IMG/VR virus record: IMGVR_UViG_3300025133_000027 | Span: 64,001 to 128,000 of that record | Strand: one strand, 5' to 3' | Length of the DNA stretch: 64,000 nt | From: a virus | In this document: positions 18,981 through 30,116 of the stretch, piece by piece | How the letters are laid out: every line of letters starts with the position of its first letter | How positions within the stretch are numbered: position 1 is the first letter of the stretch | Program-made: the position numbers and the translations under genes | Notes under the pieces: generated by a model | Told to the model about the DNA's origin: nothing | Seen by the model: the letters and a program-made list of their open reading frames with translations, nothing else | Database searches by the model: none

Positions 18981-20773
18981 TGCCAAAACAAAAACCACCA
19001 GTATCATATACGAACAGAGACTTCTCTTCAATTAAGAAGGATTTGATTAACTATGCCAAAGTATATTATCCAGAGACATACAAAGACTTTAACGACGCCT
19101 CTTTCGGCTCGTTGTTGTTTGATTTAGTGTCTTATGTTGGCGACTCAATGTCGTTTTATATCGATTATCAAATGAACGAATCGATGATGGATACTGTGTT
19201 AGACCCAGACACGGCCATTAAGGTCGCTAAAAGAAGAGGTTATAAATTAAGTGGCTCTCCATCCTCAACCGGAACTGCTGCTTTTTATGTAACCGTGCCC
19301 GCGACTTCCGATGGAACCCAGCCAGAAACTGACCTTATCCCAATTCTAAAGAAAGGCTCGACACTTTCCTCAACCTCTGGAGCGAGCTTCATATTAAGTG
19401 AGGATGTAGATTTTTCAAAAGCATCAACTTTAATCACAGTTGCAGAGGTAGCTAACGACGGGTCGGTATCATCTTATGCTATGAAGGCTTACGGAGAAAT
19501 CCTATCAGGTGAGTTAAAGAGTGAATTCTTTACGGTTGGTTCTTATGAAAAATTTAGGAAACTTACTCTTGATGATGATAATGTTACTGAGATTTTACTA
19601 GTGACTGATTCTGAAGGTAGGCAATATTACGAAGTTGATTACTTGGCGCAAGATACGGTAATGAAGCCAATAAGAAATCTTGGAACTGATTTTGAACAAG
19701 CACCTTTCATAATTAAAGAGATGCAGGTGCCAAGAAGGTTTACTGTTGATTATGATTTAGAAGGTGTGGCAACAATCCAGTTTGGACATGGTTCTGAACA
19801 AGAACTGATTGATAAAACATTTCCAGACCCAAGAGATGCAGTCCTTCAATTACACGGCAGGGATTATATATCAGATACTTCTTTTGACCCAAACCTAGTT
19901 AGCAAAACTGAAAAGTTTGGAATATCTCCAACAGATACTACTCTCTTGGTTGAGTATCGTAAGAACACCGAAGCTGTTTTAAATATAGCTGTTGGGGGTA
20001 TCGACTTAGTATCTAATGCTATTATTGAATTCCGACAAAGTAATACTTACTCGAAACAACAAGCACTTTCGTTAATATCAGAATTTGAGGTTGAGAATGA
20101 AGAAAGAATTGTTGGTCAAGTATCTTTATTGAATGTTGATGAAATAAGAGAACTAGCTCTTGCAGCAAACGCAGCGCAAAATAGAGCTGTGACAAAGAAT
20201 GACTATGTTTCTGTTATCTATAGAATGCCTGCTAAGTATGGCAATTTAAAAAGAGCCAATGTTTTACAAGATAAAGACTCTTTCAAGCGTAACTTAAATA
20301 TATATGTGTTGGCAGAAGATGAAAATGGAAAGTTAGTAAAAGCGAGCACGACCCTTAAAAGAAATCTTAAGGCTTGGATCTCAAACTACAAGATGATGAA
20401 TGATACAATTGATATCTTGGATGGAAATATTGTTAATATTGGACTTGAGTTTGAAGTAATTTCTAGTATCGGGGAGAACAAGACTAGGGTCTTAAATGAT
20501 TGCCTACGTGCTCTTAAGGAAAATTTAGGTAGTAAACTAAATATGGGAGAGCCTCTCATCCTTGGTAGGTTATATAAAATCCTAAATGATGTTGATGGGG
20601 TAGAAGATACCAAGTCTGTTAATATAGTAAAGAAGACAGGTTCTTCTTATAGCAACGTAGTTTATGAGGTTAAAGAGAGACTTAAGTCTTCTGGAAGAAT
20701 TTTAACAGTTGCAGAGAATGCTGTTCTAGAAATAAAATATTTCGACACAGATGTAACCGGGGTGGTAATGTAA
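18980..20773 (+). CDS. gp6: Baseplate wedge subunit, gp6-like
   Basis: YTNRDFSSIKKDL, DFN.AS.G, QNRAVTKNDY. Confidence 0.9.
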   Translation: MPKQKPPVSYTNRDFSSIKKDLINYAKVYYPETYKDFNDASFGSLLFDLVSYVGDSMSFYIDYQMNESMMDTVLDPDTAIKVAKRRGYKLSGSPSSTGTAAFYVTVPATSDGTQPETDLIPILKKGSTLSSTSGASFILSEDVDFSKASTLITVAEVANDGSVSSYAMKAYGEILSGELKSEFFTVGSYEKFRKLTLDDDNVTEILLVTDSEGRQYYEVDYLAQDTVMKPIRNLGTDFEQAPFIIKEMQVPRRFTVDYDLEGVATIQFGHGSEQELIDKTFPDPRDAVLQLHGRDYISDTSFDPNLVSKTEKFGISPTDTTLLVEYRKNTEAVLNIAVGGIDLVSNAIIEFRQSNTYSKQQALSLISEFEVENEERIVGQVSLLNVDEIRELALAANAAQNRAVTKNDYVSVIYRMPAKYGNLKRANVLQDKDSFKRNLNIYVLAEDENGKLVKASTTLKRNLKAWISNYKMMNDTIDILDGNIVNIGLEFEVISSIGENKTRVLNDCLRALKENLGSKLNMGEPLILGRLYKILNDVDGVEDTKSVNIVKKTGSSYSNVVYEVKERLKSSGRILTVAENAVLEIKYFDTDVTGVVM

Positions 20774-22215
20774 TGGGCGTAAAGAGATTTTATTCTACAA
20801 AAGATAATACAATTACAAATGCTTTTAAGGCAGGCTTGACTATACGAGGAACTGGCTCTAATATGGGCGAATCAGATATTCTTGAGGTATACTCAATCTA
20901 TGGACAAGCATCTTCGGCTTCCTCTGAGAAGTCAAGAATTTTAATTGATTTTCCTATTTTAACAACTATCGCTCAAAGTAGGGATTCTGGAGAACTACCT
21001 ACTAGTGGAACTGATAATCTATCTTTCTACTTGAGGCTCTATAATGCAGAACACTCTCAAACACTCCCAAAACAATTTACACTTGTGGTTGCGCAAGCAT
21101 CAAGTTCCTGGAATGAGGGAACTGGTCTTGATATGGATGAGTTTTCTGACAGTGGCTACTCCAACTGGATATACCGCAGTAGCTCGGCACCATGGGTTGA
21201 CGAAGGTGGTGATATATTATCGGGTTCGGCAGACACCACAGGTTCACAGCTCTTTGAACTAGGAACCGAAGACTTGCTTATCAATGTAACACCTATTGTT
21301 GAAGACTGGCTAAGTGGTGATAGTTCTTCAAATGGATTTGCTGTTTTCTTGACATCCTCGCAGGAAACTGCTACCGAGTCTTATTATACAAAGAAATTTT
21401 TTGCTAGGAATAGTGAATTTCATATGAAAAGACCTTGTCTAGAAGCAAGGTGGAATTCTTCAAGGGGAGATGATTCCGAGACTTTTTATAAGAGTAGCTC
21501 GTTAGCACCGGCAGCAGATAATCTAAACACTTTATATCTTTACAACAAGATTAGAGGACAATTAGTTGATATTCCATCTGTTGCTCAGGGTGAGATCCTT
21601 GTGTCAGTTCACGAAACTGTTGGGACCCCTGCTCTGCCCTTGCCTGTTGGTGGGGGTGTGGTAGCTGGTGCTGACACTAATGTGACCGGCTCATGGGCTT
21701 CTACGGGCATTTATGAGGCTACTTTTGCGATGAGCCACTCAATCTCTAGCTTCGTGCCTGTATGGAAAACTAATACGGAAGAGTTTCACACCGGCTCAAG
21801 TATAACTGTAAACTCATTTGATTCACAAGACTACTACCCTGATAGAGAATATATATTTAAAATTAAGAATCTTAAAAAATCTTACAGTGAAGACGAAAAG
21901 ATGAGATTAAGACTCTTTGTAAGACATAAAAATTGGTGCCCTACTAATTATACAGTATCTAACACAACAGCTTCTAATGAAATACTTGAAGATGTATTTT
22001 GGAAAGTTGAACGTGTTGTTGATAAGTTTGATATCATTGACTATGGAACTGGTAGTACTCAACACACTCTACTTTCATATGATAGTGAAGGGAACTACTT
22101 TGATTTTGACACAAGCATTCTTGAAAAAGGTTATCAATATGCATTTAAATTTATATATAACATTGCAGGTGAGTATCATGAAGCAAAGAATGAGTTTAGA
22201 TTTAGGGTTGAGTGA
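20773..22215 (+). CDS. Putative baseplate/tail structural protein (DNRLRE-like beta domain)
   Basis: KDNTI...SRILIDF...W.EG.G...W...GGD...NVT.IV.DW...NGF...RP.LE pattern; lies between gp6 and the gp7-like gene. Confidence 0.6.
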   Translation: MGVKRFYSTKDNTITNAFKAGLTIRGTGSNMGESDILEVYSIYGQASSASSEKSRILIDFPILTTIAQSRDSGELPTSGTDNLSFYLRLYNAEHSQTLPKQFTLVVAQASSSWNEGTGLDMDEFSDSGYSNWIYRSSSAPWVDEGGDILSGSADTTGSQLFELGTEDLLINVTPIVEDWLSGDSSSNGFAVFLTSSQETATESYYTKKFFARNSEFHMKRPCLEARWNSSRGDDSETFYKSSSLAPAADNLNTLYLYNKIRGQLVDIPSVAQGEILVSVHETVGTPALPLPVGGGVVAGADTNVTGSWASTGIYEATFAMSHSISSFVPVWKTNTEEFHTGSSITVNSFDSQDYYPDREYIFKIKNLKKSYSEDEKMRLRLFVRHKNWCPTNYTVSNTTASNEILEDVFWKVERVVDKFDIIDYGTGSTQHTLLSYDSEGNYFDFDTSILEKGYQYAFKFIYNIAGEYHEAKNEFRFRVE

Positions 22216-22217
22216 TA

Positions 22218-25200
22218 ATGAGCATTAAAAATCTGTTTAAAAAACAAAATGAAAATAGTAGTCTAAAAAGTCTTCTAAAGAAGAACATCGATGGCTTTTC
22301 AGATGATGTTGAATCTCAAGCACTTATTGAGGAAACAGCAATTGCTTCAAAAATTTATATTCCAGATGTTGACTATTCTACTGCCTCAAATTTTTCAAAA
22401 TTCGGCTCTTCTGAGCTTTATTATGATGCTGCAATCAAAAGAATTTACACACAATATCCTTATGATGGGTCGGCTGCTGAGAAGAAGGCTTATGATAATA
22501 GCTTAACTCCACTTGAAAAACACATTGTAGATAATGAATACCCAAGATATCTAGGACATGCAGTGTTTGGAGAGACTTGGGGAGAAACCGCAGTTAGTGA
22601 TGTGGGTTTTTATTCTTCATCTAATCCTGAATATATTTCATGTTTCAGCCACGCAAGGACACAGACTCTTGATACCTCTTCAAACCAAGCTGGAAGCTTC
22701 CAGCTTGATTGGGACGTAGGCGCAACTATTGAGTTCTGGATGAAAAAGAATAGTTTCGAAGGAGTCTATAATTCAGCAGAAACAATTTTTGATATTAGAA
22801 ATACTTTAGGCACCGCAAAATTTATGATGTGGGCTAGTGTAGCTACGGATCCTGTTATTTATTTAGATTATAAACTTAGTACAGATTCATTTGCATCAAT
22901 TGCTACTTCTGAATTCCAAATGCCTTTTAACACTGGGCTTACTACTATTGCAGATGGTGAGTGGCATCATTATGCTTTTGTCCTAAATAAAAACTCAGGT
23001 GATTATCAGGTTGAGCTCTATGTGGATGGAGTCTACAATAGTACACAAACACAAACACCGACTACAACCACAATAAATTTAACAGGTTCTGCTATTGCAA
23101 CCATTGGTTCCCTAGGAGGTGCCTATGCGACAGGGGTTGTTTCTGCTGGTTATGGAAAACTATCAGGTTCCTTAGACGAATTTAGATTTTGGCAAACAGA
23201 TAGAACTGCAAAAGATATCTCTAAAAATTACTTTACGAAAGTTCATGGTGGCGGAAATACTGATTCTTCAAAAATAAACTCTAATAGGCCACTAGCCCTT
23301 ACCGCTTACTTTAGATTTAATGAACCAAGCATAGGTATTACCGCAGTTGACGATATTGTACTAGATTACTCTGGTCGCCTTGTGAATGGTACGTGGCACG
23401 GACATAATACAAGTTCCCGAGCCACAGGCTCTGCTATTTCTGATACTGGTGATTTAATCATTTACAGTGGTAGTAGCGATGTCCAGACATATATTGAAAA
23501 CAAGAGAGCTTCTGGGCGGTTCTATGATGCTTCAAACAACGCATCTTTAGCAAACTCTATTCCTGCTTGGATTCTAGATGAAGATAGAGAAAATGGAAAT
23601 GAACTAAGTAATTTATTGCAGATTATTGGTTCATATCTTGATACTGTATATTTGCAAATTGAAAATATCAATAAGACTAAGGACTTAGAATATAAGTCTT
23701 CTACGGTTAAGAGCTTTCCTCACAATAATAAGATACTAAACTCTTTAGGGTTTGAGACGCCAGAATTGTTTGTAGACAATAGTGTTCTTGAAGTGATTGC
23801 AGCTCAAGATAATAAAAGATTATTTGAAAATAGATTGGAAGAAGTTAAAGGGTTGATCTATAAAAATATCCATAACAATCTAAATTATATCTACAAATCA
23901 AAAGGAACTGAGAAAGCTTTTAGGAACCTTGTTAGGTGCTATGGTGTTGACGACTCCCTATTCAATATTGCGATCCATGCTAATAACCACGAGCAAGAAG
24001 TTGTTAGTGCATACGAGTATATCCATAATAAATTTTCAACAATAGACTTCACTAATTTTTCAAGTGGTGATAATAAAAGTGCAGTTATCTATTCATACGG
24101 GTCAGCAAGCAGTGATGTTTCTGGTTATATCTCTGGTAGTGCCTTCGAGTACATGGGGAATACTCTCGAAGTATCTGCTTTGTTTCCAAAATACCCAAAG
24201 TCTTCTGAAGAGTCGTTATATCCACCAACTTCTTTTATGTCTCAGTCACTATTTGGAATAGTTGAGGCGGCAGCAGACTCTACAGATTTAACTTATCAAA
24301 CTACCGATAACGCAAATATAAGCGTATTTGCTGTTAATCGAGACAATATAACCAAATTTGTATTAACTTCTTCACTTGGATTTTATTTAGAATCTGATCC
24401 TATTAGCAATGTTTACGAAGATACTACCTGGAATATCTCATATCGAATTAATGCTGAACAAGATGAGTTTGCAGATAATGCAACAGCATCAGCAAACTCA
24501 ACAATTAGTTTTAATGGATACAACTATAACGCTGGTATTTTACAAGATTCTTTTGAGATTACTGGCTCTACAACCAGAGCAATCCATACAGCATTCAATG
24601 CTGCACCTAAACGTATCTGGGCTGGTGCGAAGCGCACCAACGTAACTGGGGCTATCGCCAATAATTCAAACTATAGGTTGATAAATCTTAATTATTGGTC
24701 AGATGGAATTGATAATGATGAGCTGAAAGCACACGCTTTAGATCTTGAAAATATGGGTAGAAGAAGTCCGGGCGAGAATACATTCTCATTCCAAACCGGA
24801 CTATCAGCTAGTTATATTCCTAAAATTGATACTTTAAGTTTAAGTTGGAACTTTGACAGTGTGACAGGTTCTGATTCGTCAGGTGAATTTGTCCTACAAG
24901 ACGTATCTTCGGGCTCTCTTGCAAGAAATACTGCGTATGAGACTGCGTATGGTAAACTTGCCAAAACAAAACACACGGGTTACGGATATGGATTCGAAGT
25001 AAGCTCTGAAATAAAAAAGGTTGAGTTCTTAGAGACCTCAAGAAGGAACACTCCTGAAGAAATTAGTTCTGAGGAGTTGATCTCTATCTTGGAAACAGAC
25101 GATGACGTTCTTGAGAAGTCAACTAGGCCAACTAGTTTTTACTTTTCGTTTGAAGCTAATATGTTTAGGATCATCTCTAAGCGCATGCTTCAATATTTTG

Positions 25201-28200
25201 CTAGCATTGAAGATTTTAATAATCTTATTGGTGAACCAACAAATAGGTATGCAATAAGATACAAAAAACTTGAGAAATTAAAAGAAATTTTCTATGAAAG
25301 AGTTGAGAATACTCCTGATATTGAGAAGTTTGTTTCACTTTATAAATGGTTGGACTCTTCACTCGACGCGATTGTTAAAAACCTCATCCCGGCATCTGCC
25401 GATACTAACGATGAAGTAGCTACAATCATCGAGAGTCACGTATTAGAGAGGAGTTCTCATGAGGGAAGCCTTGGATTAAAAGGAGTTTATAATTACAAGA
25501 AGAAAGAAATAAATGATAATATGAACGCAGGAGCTTTTGTTGATAGCAAGATCAAAAAACAAGCTGGTAAATATCCTATCTCGACAGACTATTCTAATAC
25601 TGAAGCTTATACACCGCCTGTCTATGGGAAAGGGGATGAGGAACTCGGTGGAACGAAATTCTCTGACACACTACACCCAGAAACAAGAGCAGAAAAAGTT
25701 ACCACAATTGCTGGTGGTATTCAGAGAGTTCCTGCTCATCTAAAGAAGCGATTTAATATCCCAAGAAAAGATCAAGCATTATTGGACTCTACTCTCAACT
25801 CATATAGTGAAAATCGTTATGATTCTTCAAATTCTAATAACGTCTGGAGTAATCTTAGAGAAGAAAAAGATCCTTCGGTAAATACCAGAGTCCAGATTCA
25901 CGATGCAATAAACCGCTCTTATGCACTCCAGGCTAGAAGCGCTAACAACTTTGAAATGGAAGATCCTGAATTTGTTTCTGGAATTAATAGAAATAAAAAT
26001 ATTTTCAAAGGGTATTTTAGACCATTTATCAAAAGAACTAGTACAGCAGAGATTGCCGATAATTACTTTAGTTTAGGGTTTGACGATATTCAGAGTTACT
26101 TATCGTCATCAACATTGACATTTAAGAATATTGAAAAACTTGATATCTTTTTCAACATAAATGGTGTTCTAGATGCAACAGATGTTGAATCATACGCTGT
26201 CTTACCATTCACTGCATATAGTAGTTCTGTTGAAAAAGGCTACCAGAAAGATCTAACCGAATTATCGCACCCAATTACTATTATCGGGCACCACGATGAT
26301 ACAGAGTATTTAAACGGCTCTCCTGGGTTGCAATCTCCTTTTAACAAGGCTCATGTTGGTGGGTTTAACCATCGAAGCCAGCCTGTTAACCGAGGGAGTG
26401 ACGACGCTAGCTCTAGAGCAGAACAGTTTAAGATTCTTAGCAATGCTACTGGTTTTGGCCTATACCCACCGTGGCAGGCAGCAGAACTAGCTTTCGCTCG
26501 GCCAATATTTAATCTGAATTTTCCTACAGCTATTTTTTCGAAAGAAGAATATGTTCGAAGGGTTGTCAATACAAGAAATATTAGCTATAACTCAAGTTCT
26601 CTTATTCTTGGAAACTACAGAAAGAATTATGAGGTAGTGTCTGCTGGTTCCAGGGCAACTCACAACCTTGCCTTTATAGACCAAAATGGCTTTACACAAA
26701 CAACCAGCAGTTCTCCTGTAATCTCTGGTGATATTGAATATGCGAATCCTACAAGGACTGTGGAAAATGGTACTTCAACAAAGTCATTTTTCGTAACAAA
26801 GTTTAGTTCACCGGGTGGAGCAGAGACTGAAGGTGCATTCTTAGATATTCATTCAGGACAGTATAGTGTTTATAACAATCTTAACTATAGAAATCTTGGA
26901 GTAAGAAAGTCATTAAACAATATATTCTTAGCTAGCCCTTCTGCTTTAGGAGGACTAGTCGAGGGCTCAACAACAACAGGTTCATACCACAAGGTTAATC
27001 GTAATAACGCTACTAGGGTAAAAGAAGTAACGAGAGCAACACCTGTCTATTCGCCAACTTATGATGAATCAGATAAAATAAGTAACAATTTTCATGTTCA
27101 AAGTTCAATCCCTAGAACTGATTATGGTTACAAGTGGATTCACGACAGTCTAAATACAGCTTCCTCGACGCAAGCCTACCTAGGCCACGTCAAACCATCT
27201 GGTATTTCAGGTGGCGTGACCCTGACTAACTTTCATACAGGAAGTTCTTACTTTACAAATAATGCTATCTTAACTCGTTCTTTTGGCTACCCTTCTTGGA
27301 AACAAGTAAGAGTTGGTCAGACAAATTCTGCTAGCCTGCAAAGAAGAGCAAATATCTATGAAAACAGAGTAGTCAGTAAAGTCTTTAGGGAGAGGGATGA
27401 ATATACGATCAAAACAGTTACACATCCTCCGGTAACAAGTAAGTTTAAACCTATTTATCATAAAGCTGTTATGGACGGTGAAGAAGTAGAATTTGAATAT
27501 GCATACGCAAGTTCTTATAACTTCTTTGGTGATAATTATGACGAGTCCACTGGCAAGAATGTTAACTTTCTTGGTAAGAATAATGCAATAAACTTAAAAA
27601 AGAATACCCTTTTAGAAAAGATTGCACAGAATGAGTCTATTAGGACAAAAGCTATAACCTATAAAGAGGTCGTCTGGCCTAAAGAATCAAGAACTTATCT
27701 CAAAACGTCAAGAGAAAGGGCAGATTATCTTCATCCATGGAGAGACGACGAAACCGACAGGATTACTCAGTCTGAAACTGTTTTTGGCCTAAATGTTTAT
27801 AATCCAGACTTGTTTTCAACTTGGCCGCTAGACACGACTGCAACTGGTTTTAATGGAGAATTAATGCAGGGCGATAGTGATGATTATTATTTGTCTGCCA
27901 GTATTACTAGCATGCCTGTTGGTGGGTTAACATATTTTGTTATTGGTGCTCGCTATACTAGGCTTCAAGGAATCACCACTCCTAAATGTACAGTACATGG
28001 TTCTGGAAGTCCTTTCTATGACTCTTATGAAGATTTTAATGAGGATATAAGAAGGATTGGTAAAGATTACTCTATTATTCCTGAATATAATTTTACAAAT
28101 AAAGCTTCAGAGTATTTTGAAAGTGGCGGCTCTGATATACTTGAAGAAACAAACCAATTATTCCTATCCGGCACGCTAGGCGAAACAAGCTCACTGTTTA

Positions 28201-30116
28201 TAGAAAACTTTGTAAACAGCGATCAGCTTAGTTCACACGTAGACATTGAAAGACTAATTGGAAAGCCAACAAGGTTTAAGCTTAGTTTTAGTGGAATCAA
28301 AAAAGTTCTTCCGTATAAAGGGTTCTATCCCCAAGAAAGAACCTTACAATTAGCAAGAATTTTTGAAACGTCCCACAAAATCCTGAATGTATTTCAACCT
28401 AGCGCAACCGGAACGGAAGCTACGTTCAGAACTGCACTTGCTCCTTTTTACTCACCAGGAATTTGTTATAACTCAATTAAAGCCGGGATTGCTGTAGATT
28501 ATCCGATTTTGAACCCTGATAGCCTCACTGCCTTTAGCAGATTAACAGATCTGACAAACTCTCCATTCCGAACAGCTCAAAAAGCTCTTCCCTTTGAAGC
28601 GATCTTAGATCCTATTAAGGGCTTGCTTTCATCTACCTCTTCGTTACTCGTCAGTGACGCTGACAGTGATATACAAGTTGATTCAACAGCTTCCTTTTCG
28701 TCAGGCTCCGATGCTCTTTATAAGAAGGCAGCAAACAATTGGTATGGTTCAGTACCTGACTTGTTCTTAAGAGGTGGAGGCTTAACATCACTTGAATCTG
28801 CAAAGGAAGAAGATTGGGTTTTTGATAATGTATCAAGTTCTTCTGGAATAACCAAATATGTTGGTTATATTAAACTTAATAAAACAACAGGCTTCGCTAA
28901 CTATCGGGGAGGAAACGCATTCGGGCCATCGGCATCTACCGGCGTTAATCTTCACCATGTGCCCCCTTATTGGAGAGGTGATGAGGAGTTCGACAATACC
29001 AGTGCTAGTATTGGTTATGCAAGAATTGAGTTCGATCCTGCCCCAATTGAAATAAACGATCCTGATAGATTTTACAATGGAAAGTTCACTCTTGATGATA
29101 TTATAAAATACTCTACAATTACTTACGGAAATAAATCCCAAGACGATATTCCTGCTGACAACTATATGACACTTTCTGCGAGTGTTAACATGTTTAACAA
29201 GCAAGATTCGAGATGGAAGATTCAGACAAAGTGGGAGTGCCCAAACCTTAACTTTGCAGAAGCGACTGGATACACAACAGGGTCAGTTACCTCTGATGAG
29301 GTTATGATTGGTATGTGGCATCAGTATGGTACGATCCCAGAAGATAGAGAAGGCCTGCTTCTTGAAGCGGCTCCTTCCGAGGCTACCGATAGTTCTTACC
29401 AGATTGCTGCTGGAACCTCTTCCTTAATGGAAGCCTGTGGTTTTAAAAATGTTTCAAAGAGAATTGGAGAAATTGCGGATAGAAAAGATCTATCAGAATA
29501 CATTGCTGTGATTCCTTATTATACTAATGAGAGAGGCAAGGATGTATTCTTAACACTCGACCTAAGAGAATTTGAGGCTTCTTACACTAACTTAAAAGCT
29601 GGAACAAACAATTCTAGCCTTGACGACATGTTGTTCAAGATGAGTGATGTAATGTTGCCACCAAGATTTAATTTCTTAAAGAAGAGAAAGGAAAAAAGAG
29701 GTCCCCTTTCTAAAGAGGAGTATAACCCAATATTGGCACCATTCGCTCTTTACTTATTCGAGTTTACTCACAGTTATAGTCAACTTGACTTATCACATTG
29801 GTGGCAAGGGATCCTGCCAGAGTCTGGCAAGATTGCAACGAAGGAAGATATTTCAATCGATCATGATATAAAAGCTGGCGAAATATTAAGCCCACGCACA
29901 CTAGCCGCTAATGGACTAACTAGCCTTCCTGAGAACTTGAGGTTTAAGATAATAAAGCTTAAAAAGAAAGCAGTCTCAGATTTCAATTATTTGAAAACAG
30001 GCAAAGATAGTGAGGAATATTCCTATAACTGGCCTTATGATTTCTTCTCACTAGTGGAAATGGGTAAACTAAGCATAGAACTTGAATACGGAGACGATGA
30101 TGACGTTTCAGAATAA
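22218..30116 (+). CDS. Giant baseplate wedge protein (gp7/tail protein I-like) with LamG/concanavalin A domain
   Basis: TIEFWMK...DGEWHHYAFV...LYVDG...GSLDEFRFW (LamG); IYKSKGTEKAFRNL.RCYG (gp7/gpI KGT motif); 2.6k aa. Confidence 0.75.
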   Translation: MSIKNLFKKQNENSSLKSLLKKNIDGFSDDVESQALIEETAIASKIYIPDVDYSTASNFSKFGSSELYYDAAIKRIYTQYPYDGSAAEKKAYDNSLTPLEKHIVDNEYPRYLGHAVFGETWGETAVSDVGFYSSSNPEYISCFSHARTQTLDTSSNQAGSFQLDWDVGATIEFWMKKNSFEGVYNSAETIFDIRNTLGTAKFMMWASVATDPVIYLDYKLSTDSFASIATSEFQMPFNTGLTTIADGEWHHYAFVLNKNSGDYQVELYVDGVYNSTQTQTPTTTTINLTGSAIATIGSLGGAYATGVVSAGYGKLSGSLDEFRFWQTDRTAKDISKNYFTKVHGGGNTDSSKINSNRPLALTAYFRFNEPSIGITAVDDIVLDYSGRLVNGTWHGHNTSSRATGSAISDTGDLIIYSGSSDVQTYIENKRASGRFYDASNNASLANSIPAWILDEDRENGNELSNLLQIIGSYLDTVYLQIENINKTKDLEYKSSTVKSFPHNNKILNSLGFETPELFVDNSVLEVIAAQDNKRLFENRLEEVKGLIYKNIHNNLNYIYKSKGTEKAFRNLVRCYGVDDSLFNIAIHANNHEQEVVSAYEYIHNKFSTIDFTNFSSGDNKSAVIYSYGSASSDVSGYISGSAFEYMGNTLEVSALFPKYPKSSEESLYPPTSFMSQSLFGIVEAAADSTDLTYQTTDNANISVFAVNRDNITKFVLTSSLGFYLESDPISNVYEDTTWNISYRINAEQDEFADNATASANSTISFNGYNYNAGILQDSFEITGSTTRAIHTAFNAAPKRIWAGAKRTNVTGAIANNSNYRLINLNYWSDGIDNDELKAHALDLENMGRRSPGENTFSFQTGLSASYIPKIDTLSLSWNFDSVTGSDSSGEFVLQDVSSGSLARNTAYETAYGKLAKTKHTGYGYGFEVSSEIKKVEFLETSRRNTPEEISSEELISILETDDDVLEKSTRPTSFYFSFEANMFRIISKRMLQYFASIEDFNNLIGEPTNRYAIRYKKLEKLKEIFYERVENTPDIEKFVSLYKWLDSSLDAIVKNLIPASADTNDEVATIIESHVLERSSHEGSLGLKGVYNYKKKEINDNMNAGAFVDSKIKKQAGKYPISTDYSNTEAYTPPVYGKGDEELGGTKFSDTLHPETRAEKVTTIAGGIQRVPAHLKKRFNIPRKDQALLDSTLNSYSENRYDSSNSNNVWSNLREEKDPSVNTRVQIHDAINRSYALQARSANNFEMEDPEFVSGINRNKNIFKGYFRPFIKRTSTAEIADNYFSLGFDDIQSYLSSSTLTFKNIEKLDIFFNINGVLDATDVESYAVLPFTAYSSSVEKGYQKDLTELSHPITIIGHHDDTEYLNGSPGLQSPFNKAHVGGFNHRSQPVNRGSDDASSRAEQFKILSNATGFGLYPPWQAAELAFARPIFNLNFPTAIFSKEEYVRRVVNTRNISYNSSSLILGNYRKNYEVVSAGSRATHNLAFIDQNGFTQTTSSSPVISGDIEYANPTRTVENGTSTKSFFVTKFSSPGGAETEGAFLDIHSGQYSVYNNLNYRNLGVRKSLNNIFLASPSALGGLVEGSTTTGSYHKVNRNNATRVKEVTRATPVYSPTYDESDKISNNFHVQSSIPRTDYGYKWIHDSLNTASSTQAYLGHVKPSGISGGVTLTNFHTGSSYFTNNAILTRSFGYPSWKQVRVGQTNSASLQRRANIYENRVVSKVFRERDEYTIKTVTHPPVTSKFKPIYHKAVMDGEEVEFEYAYASSYNFFGDNYDESTGKNVNFLGKNNAINLKKNTLLEKIAQNESIRTKAITYKEVVWPKESRTYLKTSRERADYLHPWRDDETDRITQSETVFGLNVYNPDLFSTWPLDTTATGFNGELMQGDSDDYYLSASITSMPVGGLTYFVIGARYTRLQGITTPKCTVHGSGSPFYDSYEDFNEDIRRIGKDYSIIPEYNFTNKASEYFESGGSDILEETNQLFLSGTLGETSSLFIENFVNSDQLSSHVDIERLIGKPTRFKLSFSGIKKVLPYKGFYPQERTLQLARIFETSHKILNVFQPSATGTEATFRTALAPFYSPGICYNSIKAGIAVDYPILNPDSLTAFSRLTDLTNSPFRTAQKALPFEAILDPIKGLLSSTSSLLVSDADSDIQVDSTASFSSGSDALYKKAANNWYGSVPDLFLRGGGLTSLESAKEEDWVFDNVSSSSGITKYVGYIKLNKTTGFANYRGGNAFGPSASTGVNLHHVPPYWRGDEEFDNTSASIGYARIEFDPAPIEINDPDRFYNGKFTLDDIIKYSTITYGNKSQDDIPADNYMTLSASVNMFNKQDSRWKIQTKWECPNLNFAEATGYTTGSVTSDEVMIGMWHQYGTIPEDREGLLLEAAPSEATDSSYQIAAGTSSLMEACGFKNVSKRIGEIADRKDLSEYIAVIPYYTNERGKDVFLTLDLREFEASYTNLKAGTNNSSLDDMLFKMSDVMLPPRFNFLKKRKEKRGPLSKEEYNPILAPFALYLFEFTHSYSQLDLSHWWQGILPESGKIATKEDISIDHDIKAGEILSPRTLAANGLTSLPENLRFKIIKLKKKAVSDFNYLKTGKDSEEYSYNWPYDFFSLVEMGKLSIELEYGDDDDVSE

